Position numbers and translations under genes: made by a program | Notes under the pieces: generated by a model | Told to the model about the DNA's origin: nothing | What the model saw: only the letters and a program-made list of their open reading frames with translations | Database searches by the model: none | Source of the DNA: Planctomycetota bacterium | GTDB taxonomy: Bacteria > Planctomycetota > SZUA-567 | DNA length: 50,035 bases | Assembly (NCBI GenBank): GCA_031555915.1 | Contig: JAVBTZ010000058.1 | Span: forward strand, 1-50,035 | Direction of reading: 5' to 3' | Shown here: positions 17,498 through 24,496 of the stretch, piece by piece | How positions within the stretch are numbered: the first letter of the stretch is position 1 | Layout: each line of letters starts with the position of its first letter

Positions 17498-18430
17498 TCA
17501 CATGGTGCCTCGCTTGTTCGTTGGCTCGCGGGGGCGGGCGGCTACGGGTTCGTCGGCGAGGCCGGGGTCCATTTGCGCTTCGCGGAGGGGTTTTTGCCGG
17601 GTGTCGGCCGAGGTGGCGAGGTCGAAGTCCTCGTCCCGCACGGCGGCGTTGCCTTCGACCTGCTTGAAGTTCATTTCCATGGAGCGGCGTTCTCTGGGCC
17701 AGGAGAAGGCCATGGTGTAAGGGAAGACGGAGTCGTTCCCCGACATTTTTCCGCCGGAGCCTTTGCTTCCCTTGGCTATGGTGCGGTAGTCGTCGAAGCG
17801 TTTGACCAGGACCGGCTGGCCTTTCTGGTCGAGCTGGGAGACGGAGGAGATCATGCCGTTTTTATTGGAGATGGCGAGGCGGAGGCGCGGTTGGCCTTCC
17901 GGCGTGTCTTCTTCGAGGATGATGGCGCCGGATTCGTTTTGTCCGCTGGCAGTGCGCCATTTTTTATGCACCAGGGAGTCGTCGGGGTGTAACATTTGCT
18001 GGAGGACGGCGTCGGGGTCGAAGTTGAAGGAGAAGTTCTGGAGGTCCTTGACCTTGCCGTGATAGAGGGTTTTCTGGGTGGGGACGTAGAAGCCGATGTC
18101 GTCCTGGAGCATGACGACGTCGAAGGCCTGGATGGTGCCGGCGAGTTTGTCGGCGCGGATGCGGAGCCGGTCGGAGTCGTCGGCGATGACGTCGGCGTTG
18201 ACGGTGAGGCCGAATTTGCTGGGTTGGTCGACGATGCGCATGACGCCTTTGCCGGTGAGGCTGGAGAGGTTGGCGCGGGAGTCGACGGCGTTGCGGACGA
18301 GTTGATTGGGATTTTGGCTCCGGTCGACGCCGCGTCCGGCGACGGGCCGTCCCCGACCGTTTCCGCTGGCGCAGCCGGCCAGGAGGAGTAAGGTAGCCAT
18401 GGCCGTGGCCAGGTGGATGGTTTTCGCCAT
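17498..18430 (-). CDS. LolB-like (DUF4292-like) lipoprotein
   Basis: MAKTIHLATAMATLLLLAGCASG lipobox. The body shows the LolB/DUF4292 pattern: LSSLTGKGVMRIV...LTVNADVIA..DRLRIRA...FDVVMLQDDIGFYVP..TLYHG...DPDAVLQML. Confidence 0.5.
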   Translation of the reverse strand: MAKTIHLATAMATLLLLAGCASGNGRGRPVAGRGVDRSQNPNQLVRNAVDSRANLSSLTGKGVMRIVDQPSKFGLTVNADVIADDSDRLRIRADKLAGTIQAFDVVMLQDDIGFYVPTQKTLYHGKVKDLQNFSFNFDPDAVLQQMLHPDDSLVHKKWRTASGQNESGAIILEEDTPEGQPRLRLAISNKNGMISSVSQLDQKGQPVLVKRFDDYRTIAKGSKGSGGKMSGNDSVFPYTMAFSWPRERRSMEMNFKQVEGNAAVRDEDFDLATSADTRQKPLREAQMDPGLADEPVAARPREPTNKRGTM

Positions 18431-18645
18431 AAAAAATCCTTGCCGCCTGGTTTTGCGGCATACCGGGTCTTTATTGATTTGTTTTGCCGTCCCCAAGCGG
18501 CGGGTGGGCCGGACCCGCAAACTTTCCTAGTCTATTCGTAAACGTCCCGGACACAAGCCAATTTTCCCGGCCAACCCGGTTCAAGTGGGAAATATATACG
18601 CTGCTTCCTAACCACTTGGTCAATTATTCCCCTATAATACTTGGC

Positions 18646-19530
18646 TTAATCTTCGAACGCCCCTTCGTGGACGGATCTTTCCACCGGCGGAATTTCCCCG
18701 GCGCCCTTGTCTTTCCAGGCGACGTTAATCAGGAGGTTGCCGCCGTCCAGGCCGAATCCCTTGTATTCCCGGGTCTCGAGGTGTTGAAAACCGGCCATGC
18801 GGGTGACGTCTTTCCAGTGTTTCCAGGTCCAGTAGGCGGGTCGGCGGATGGTGGTGGATTCGAGTCTGGGGTCGCCGTTTTCCTCGCTGACATAGAGGAG
18901 CCGGTCGTCGATGTAGTCGGCCGCTTTGTAGCGCAAGTTCACCAGGGTACAGGTTACCCTTCCCTCGCGGACAAACCACTCGACACTTTCTGGCGCCTTG
19001 GCTTTCCAGTCCTTCTCGACCCGTTCGGCCGGGCCGGAGGAGGCGGGCTCTTTGTCGGTGGCGCCGACGAACATGAGGAAGCCGCCCGGGTGGAGGGCGT
19101 GGTAGAGTCCCACGACGGCGGTGCCGAGGTGGTCCCAGGAGGGTTCGAGGTTGAGGCCGGTGACGAGGATGCCGTCGAAGTGGTGCGGCATGTTTTTCGG
19201 GAGTTCGTTCCAGGCGGAGCGGAAGAAGGTGGCGGAGGAGTGTTCGTCGCGGGCGAGTTCGCGGGCGTGGTTGATGGCGATGCCGGAGATGTCGGAGCCG
19301 ACGATGTTGACGCCTTTTTCGGCGAGGAAGATGGTGCGTCGTCCCAGACCGCACGAGGCGTCAAGGAGGACTTTGGCGTCGAGGGTTTGGGCGAGATCGG
19401 CGAAGGCGCGGGCGGGACCGCCGCCGGCGCCGTGGATTTTGGTTCTGAATCCTTGCCGCCAGTACTCGCGCCGGAACCATTCCCAGCGGTGTACGAGGTC
19501 CCAGTCGGTCATGGATCCTGGCGTGTTCAT
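18646..19530 (-). CDS. Class I SAM-dependent methyltransferase
   Basis: Motif I VLDASCGLGRRTIFLAEKG, post-I VGSDIS, motif II-like FDGILVTG, LHPGGFLMF. Confidence 0.85.
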   Translation of the reverse strand: MNTPGSMTDWDLVHRWEWFRREYWRQGFRTKIHGAGGGPARAFADLAQTLDAKVLLDASCGLGRRTIFLAEKGVNIVGSDISGIAINHARELARDEHSSATFFRSAWNELPKNMPHHFDGILVTGLNLEPSWDHLGTAVVGLYHALHPGGFLMFVGATDKEPASSGPAERVEKDWKAKAPESVEWFVREGRVTCTLVNLRYKAADYIDDRLLYVSEENGDPRLESTTIRRPAYWTWKHWKDVTRMAGFQHLETREYKGFGLDGGNLLINVAWKDKGAGEIPPVERSVHEGAFED

Positions 19531-19652
19531 TGGCGCTCCTTCGTTATGCCGCTGGCGTTGCGGGTGTTAAGTTTTCATCATGCCTCCTCACGAGGCGTTT
19601 GGAGACGAGGATAAGCTTAGCATATTTATCCCTGGTTGTGAACCGGTATTAT

Positions 19653-20711
19653 TTACGGATGCGCCCCCGGGTGATCCAGCCCCAAGTCTTCCGGCAGCCC
19701 GAACATGAGGTTGAGATTTTGCGCCGCCGATCCGGCCTGGCCCTTGACCAGGTTGTCGATATGGCTGACGACGCGGAACAGCCCGGTCCGCTCGTCGGCG
19801 GCGACGGTAAGGAGGCAGCGGTTGGAACCGCGCACGTCCTGGGTCGAAGCGGTATGCTTGGCGTCCTTAACCAGGACGAATTTTCCGCCGCGGTAGAAAT
19901 CCTGGTAGCATTCCAGCAGGCGCTTTTGCCCGACCCCTTGCGGGAGGCGTCCGTACAGGCAGCTCATGATCCCCCGGCACATCGGCACGACCTGGGGGGT
20001 GAAGGAGACGCGGATATCCCGGTTGGCGGCGGCCGAGAGTTCGCGTTCGATTTCCATGACGTGTTGGTGGCCGGTCAGGCGGTAGGCGCCCATGTTGTCG
20101 TAGCGTTCGGGATAATGGTGTTGGGTGACGGCTTTTTTTCCGGCGCCGGAAATGCCGGATTTGCAGTCGCAGACGATGCCGTCCGCTTCGACCAGGCCGT
20201 GCTTGACGGCGGGATAGAGCCCGAGGATGCAGGAGACGGCGAAGCAGCCGGGATTGCCGACCAGGCTGGCCCGGGCGATTTCGGCGCGGTGCAGTTCCGA
20301 GAGGCCGTAGACCGCTTGCGGCAGGAGATCGGGGGCTTTATGGACCGGGTCTTTCCCGAGCCGGTTGGCGTACTCGGCGTAGAGGGCGGGGGAGTTGAAG
20401 CGGTAGTCGCCGGAGTAGTCGAGGAACTTGTGCCCGGCCGCGAGCGCTTCGGGCGCGCGGGTTTGCCCGACCCCGTCCGGCGTGGCGCAAACGACGACGT
20501 CGGCCGGGGCGTTCTTGAACTCGGGGGCGTCGGCCCCCTGGATGACCAGGTCGCAATAGCCTTCGAGGTAAGGCCAAACCGCGGAGAGGGGTTTCCCGAC
20601 GTCCTGGGTGGCGGCGACGGCGGTCAGTTCGATTTCGGGATGCCGGAGAAGTATTTCAATCAGGCCCAGGCCGCCGTAACCGGTGGCGCCGATAAGCTTA
20701 AGTTTCACCAT
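19653..20711 (-). CDS. argC: N-acetyl-gamma-glutamyl-phosphate reductase
   Basis: MVKLKLIGATGYGGLGLIEILLRHP, catalytic Cys context VGNPGCFAVS, GVSGAG-like SGISGAGKK. 352 aa. Confidence 0.95.
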   Translation of the reverse strand: MVKLKLIGATGYGGLGLIEILLRHPEIELTAVAATQDVGKPLSAVWPYLEGYCDLVIQGADAPEFKNAPADVVVCATPDGVGQTRAPEALAAGHKFLDYSGDYRFNSPALYAEYANRLGKDPVHKAPDLLPQAVYGLSELHRAEIARASLVGNPGCFAVSCILGLYPAVKHGLVEADGIVCDCKSGISGAGKKAVTQHHYPERYDNMGAYRLTGHQHVMEIERELSAAANRDIRVSFTPQVVPMCRGIMSCLYGRLPQGVGQKRLLECYQDFYRGGKFVLVKDAKHTASTQDVRGSNRCLLTVAADERTGLFRVVSHIDNLVKGQAGSAAQNLNLMFGLPEDLGLDHPGAHP

Positions 20712-20766
20712 GGGAGGATTCCCTCAGTTTTGGCTAATAAATTAGGACAACCACCTGAAAATAGGC

Positions 20767-21144
20767 GCATCGCAACTTTGTTACGCGTCTCCGAACCCTG
20801 TCACGCCTCACCCCGCCCCGCACGTCATTCCGGCGTCTTGAACGGGTGCTGCACCCCGAACGGGCGGTTTCGCCGGAATCCAGGGGGATTTACGTTGACG
20901 GCAGTGGAATCACCCTGACCTATCGGAAAGGTAAAGAAGAGAGCATCGCAACTTTGTTACGCGTCTCCGAACCCTGTCACGCCGCACCCCTCCCCGCACG
21001 TCATTCCGGCGTCTTGAACGGGTGCTGCACCCCGAACGGGCGGTTTCGCCGGAATCCAGGGGGATTTACGTTGACGGCAGTGGAATCACCCTGACGCATC
21101 GGAAAGGTAAAGAAGGGCGTCGCGTAACCAAGTTGCAATGTGCC
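20767..21144. repeat. Repeat family A: 176-bp unit in two tandem copies, the array closed by a terminal inverted repeat
   Basis: Copy 1 is 20767-20942 and copy 2 is 20943-~21118, about 95% identical by eye (period 176; track ORFs at 20846 and 21022 share their N-terminal 25 aa). The left end ggcgcatcgcaactttgttacgcg (20764-20787) reappears inverted at 21121-21144 (cgcgtaaccaagttgcaatgtgcc). Each unit has a 9-bp hairpin stem attccggcg/cgccggaat. Confidence 0.9.
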
Positions 21145-21148
21145 CAAA

Positions 21149-21556
21149 TTACTCCGGTTCAATTTGTTTGTTTTTCTCGATACGGTCCATCCATTCTATT
21201 CTTGGCGCATCCCCCCAAAGATCCTCCAAACAATAGAACCCCCTGGCCTCGGCATCGAAGATGTGGATGATGACGTCGCCGAAATCGGCAAGGATCCAGT
21301 TGCCTTCGTGGTCCGGACGGTTGAGGAGCTTTCCGCCGCAATTGGCCAAGCGCTTGTCGACTACGCGGGCGATGCCGCGCATGCGGGTGAGGGAGGAGGC
21401 GGAGCCGATGACGAAGAAGTCGGCATAGTCGACTAGTCCCCGCAAATCCAGGATAAGTACGTCGTCGGCGCGCTGTTCGTGCATGGCGAGGGCGGCCTGG
21501 ATGGCGAGTTCGCGGTTTTTCCGCTCGATGTCGTAGGTGGAAGTTTTCTTGTCCAT
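21149..21556 (-). CDS. rsfS: Ribosome silencing factor RsfS (iojap family)
   Basis: 135 aa from MDKKTSTYD. DVLILDLRGLVDYADFFVIGSASS, WILADFGDVIIHIF, FYCLEDLW. Confidence 0.9.
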   Translation of the reverse strand: MDKKTSTYDIERKNRELAIQAALAMHEQRADDVLILDLRGLVDYADFFVIGSASSLTRMRGIARVVDKRLANCGGKLLNRPDHEGNWILADFGDVIIHIFDAEARGFYCLEDLWGDAPRIEWMDRIEKNKQIEPE

Positions 21557-21844
21557 GTTTGTATTCTTCTCATCCCGCGCGTGAACATGCTTATAACACG
21601 TAATAGAAGATAATGCTCTACGCGCGGAGCAAAGCGGCAAGCGGTAGCGGTACCCGAACGGAAGTTCCCGGTTGCACGGGGTCCGTAGGGTTTATTGGCC
21701 AGGGCGTGTGGGTGCGGTTTAACCTGGTCGGGGAGAAAGGCGGGTGGTCAGGTATGGCCGGACTCTAGACACGCCCGGGGATATAATGACCGGATATTCC
21801 CACCATTTCACCCTGCGGACCTCGGGAAGAGCTCGCCGGAGCTT

Positions 21845-21870
21845 CCGTTCCTTTTAAGCAAAAGGAACGG
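21845..21870 (-). terminator. Hairpin immediately 3' of fliA (possible terminator, no clear U-tract on the minus strand)
   Basis: ccgttcctttt-aagc-aaaaggaacgg, a perfect 11-bp stem, 14 nt downstream of the fliA stop. Confidence 0.35.
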
Positions 21871-21883
21871 CATTTTCCACGCC

Positions 21884-22690
21884 TTACAGCGAATAAGGCG
21901 AAATTTCCCGCTGAATAAACTTCTGTTTCAGGAAGCTTAGGATCTTGATGTGAATCTGGCAAACCCGGCTTTCGGACAAATCCAAAGCTTCGCCGATTTC
22001 CTTGAGGTTGAGGTTTTCGTAATAGTAAAGGATAAGCACTTTCTTCTCGTCGTCCGACAGCCCCTTCATCGCCACTTCCTTGATCTCCCGCCGGGTCAGT
22101 TCGGTTAGGGGGTCCGGCGCGCGGGTGTCGGGTAGCATTTCGATGGGGCCGACCTCGTTGTCGTCGTTCTGGTCCCACTTGCGGTCGAGGGAGACCCTGG
22201 ATCTAATCTGCACCTCGCGCAGGAGGTCCTTGTAGGAGTCGCGGTCCAAACCCATATGGTCGGCCAATTCTTCGTCGTGCACGCTGCGGCCGAGCTTGAC
22301 CTCCAGCTCCTCCCGCGCTTTTTTCACCTGGTTGACCTTTTGCCTGAGCTGGCGGCTGGGCCAATCGAGGCGGCGCAGTTCGTCGAGAATCGCCCCGCTG
22401 ATGCGCCGGTTGCAATAGGTGGAGAATTTGACCCCTTCGGCGGGATTGAATTTGCGGATGGCGTCCAGGAGCCCGAAGTTGCCGTAGCTGATCAAATCCT
22501 GGACGTCAAGGTAGGCGGGGAATTTCTTGGACATCTTGGTAGCCACATCGAAGACCAGCGGCAAATAGTTCTCGATCAGCCTCTCCCTGGCGTCGGAGTC
22601 GCCGGTATCGGCGTACAGCCCCCACAGTTCCGATTCTTCGCTTTCGCTCAAGGGCGGCGGCGGAACAAAGTCGTCCACATAATCATTCAT
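21884..22690 (-). CDS. fliA: Flagellar sigma factor sigma-28 (FliA/WhiG family)
   Basis: Region 2 ENYLPLVFDVATKM / DLISYGNFGLLDAIRKF / FSTYCNRRISGAILDELR. Region 4.2 LNLKEIGEALDLSESRVCQIHIKIL. Strong TAGGAGGT RBS. Confidence 0.92.
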   Translation of the reverse strand: MNDYVDDFVPPPPLSESEESELWGLYADTGDSDARERLIENYLPLVFDVATKMSKKFPAYLDVQDLISYGNFGLLDAIRKFNPAEGVKFSTYCNRRISGAILDELRRLDWPSRQLRQKVNQVKKAREELEVKLGRSVHDEELADHMGLDRDSYKDLLREVQIRSRVSLDRKWDQNDDNEVGPIEMLPDTRAPDPLTELTRREIKEVAMKGLSDDEKKVLILYYYENLNLKEIGEALDLSESRVCQIHIKILSFLKQKFIQREISPYSL

Positions 22691-22805
22691 GCAGCATACC
22701 TCCTATATCATGATGGGGCCGACAAGCCGGCCGAGATCCAAGGTGTGGTTTTGATTAAAACAGAAGTTTTGCCAAACTCGGGCAAGTAAGGCTTTGGAAT
22801 TCTTG

Positions 22806-23144
22806 TCATTCGGCGCCCGAGGCGTCCTCCCCCTTCACCGCTTCGGCCAGGTTCATTTCCATGTTGACGATGCGGTCGTAGGTGGTCTTGGCCCGGAACT
22901 TCGCTTCCATGTCGCGGCTGCGGCTTTCGGCCAACACCTCCTGCACCAGGGCTATTCCCAGGGTCGACACGAACAAGCCCAAGAGAAAAAACGCCGCCGC
23001 CAAATAAATGCCGATTTCCCAGGCTTTCTCGGCCGTCATCGCCGAAGCCGACCGGTTGGGCACAAAATAGAAGTACAGCCAGCTGGCCAAAAAGACCAAA
23101 ACCCCCAAAACGGCGAAAAACCCCGCCATTTTTTTAACCAACAT
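22806..23144 (-). CDS. Small hypothetical 2-TM membrane protein in the flhF-fliA interval
   Basis: 112 aa. TM1 MAGFFAVLGVLVFLASWLYFYFV and TM2 IGIYLAAAFFLLGLFVSTLGIALV. Charged, helical C-terminal tail of about 45 aa. No family recognised. It occupies the position usually held by flhG. Confidence 0.5.
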   Translation of the reverse strand: MLVKKMAGFFAVLGVLVFLASWLYFYFVPNRSASAMTAEKAWEIGIYLAAAFFLLGLFVSTLGIALVQEVLAESRSRDMEAKFRAKTTYDRIVNMEMNLAEAVKGEDASGAE

Positions 23145-23178
23145 GGTCAGAGTCTCCGTCGCAGTGGATTAAAAATCC

Positions 23179-24480
23179 CTAATCCCCCGGCGTTCTATCG
23201 CAGTCGATCTCCAGCTCGCGGAGGCCCAAAACCAGTTCCGCCAATTCCACCCCGTCCGCCTGTTCGATCGGGCAGGTATAATCCGGCCCGGTCGTGACGT
23301 AACTGAGGCCCGCCGCCAGATCCGCCCCGATGTTCACCAGGCAGCCGTGGGTGATGCATTCATCCAATTTGGTCAACATGACCCGGTTGAAATTCAGCGG
23401 TTGAAAGCGGCGCACGGTTTGCCGCATGGTTTCTTCCGAACTTACCCCGGAAAGAAGAAGATGCGTTTCATCCACACCCGCCGCCCGGAGAATCCCCGCC
23501 AACCGTTCAATCCCCCTGGCATCGCGGGGCGACCTCCCGCCGGTGTCGATAAGGATGACCTCCCGCCCGGACATGGATTTCACCACATCCCGAATTTCCG
23601 TCGCCTCCGTCGCCGTCGTCACCCCGATTCCGAACATGCGCCCGAGATTGTTAATCTGCCCGTCCGCTCCCGGCCGCCGCAAATCTTCGTTGATGACCCC
23701 GACGCTCTTCCCCATATGCATGGTGAAGTGAATCGCCAATTTCACCACGCTGGTCGATTTGCCCACGCCCGACGCCCCCACCAGCGCCACCACGGTCGGC
23801 CGTCCTTCACTGGGGAGAACCGGGCCGGCGCAGGGAATGCGCCGCGCCAGGGAACGAAGCAGATATTCTTGCATTTGGTTCGTGGTGGTCCGGGCCGGCA
23901 ATTCCCGCTGGAGATCCTCGACAATGTCCCTCGCCAAGGCATCGCCAATATTTTTATCGGCCAAATTTCGATAAATCGCCAACAATTCCGGACCCACCGC
24001 CGGCAAACCTCCCCGCGCCTGCAAAGAAAGCATCATCCGCATTTCTTCGATGGCGCTGGCGTATTCGCGGCGGGTCTCGCGAAGCTCTTTCTGAAATTCG
24101 TCCAGGCGTCCCGCCAAACCGGTGCCGGTCTCGCCGATCGTCACGTAGGGCGCCGCGGCGTTGGCCATGGCCTTACGCACATTCGGCGAATGTTTCTCCA
24201 TCCCTTCCAAAGCTTTGGTGTAACTGCGGAGGAGCGGATTCGGCGGCGCGTCCGATTTCTTTTTTTCGCTCGCCTCCGGCAGCCCCGGCGCGATTTCCAA
24301 CTCCACCGCCAAGGCGTCCCCGCCCAATTTGCCCGAGGTCAATTTGCTGAAAAGGTTGGATTCCTTGATGTCCCGCCGGCTGACGATGCTGAAGTCAGAG
24401 CCAAACATGGTTTTGGCCTTGACCAAGGCCTCCGTATAGGTGGGAGCCTTGACAATCGCGGTTTTGGAATCGTTCGCCAT
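23179..24480 (-). CDS. flhF: Flagellar biosynthesis SRP-type GTPase FlhF
   Basis: G1 VALVGASGVGKSTSVVKLA, G3 LIDTGGRSPRD, G4 LTKLDE. N-terminal B domain. Confidence 0.9.
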   Translation of the reverse strand: MANDSKTAIVKAPTYTEALVKAKTMFGSDFSIVSRRDIKESNLFSKLTSGKLGGDALAVELEIAPGLPEASEKKKSDAPPNPLLRSYTKALEGMEKHSPNVRKAMANAAAPYVTIGETGTGLAGRLDEFQKELRETRREYASAIEEMRMMLSLQARGGLPAVGPELLAIYRNLADKNIGDALARDIVEDLQRELPARTTTNQMQEYLLRSLARRIPCAGPVLPSEGRPTVVALVGASGVGKSTSVVKLAIHFTMHMGKSVGVINEDLRRPGADGQINNLGRMFGIGVTTATEATEIRDVVKSMSGREVILIDTGGRSPRDARGIERLAGILRAAGVDETHLLLSGVSSEETMRQTVRRFQPLNFNRVMLTKLDECITHGCLVNIGADLAAGLSYVTTGPDYTCPIEQADGVELAELVLGLRELEIDCDRTPGD

Positions 24481-24496
24481 CGGGGCCTAGTCCAAA

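Noticed and set aside
19530-20918. 462-aa + strand ORF spanning argC and the repeat region
   Set aside because: Antisense to a textbook ArgC. It runs through intergenic repeats and has no recognisable domain.
20767-21144. Possible CRISPR array
   Set aside because: There are only two directly abutting 176-bp units with no unique spacers. The unit is far longer than CRISPR repeats and no cas genes are present.
20846-21270. Two 82-aa ORFs with identical N-termini (MLHPERAVSPESRGIYVDGSGITLT)
   Set aside because: The identity is a consequence of the 176-bp tandem DNA duplication. There is no RBS, the ORFs run through hairpins, and the third repeat copy at 31857 does not preserve the frame.
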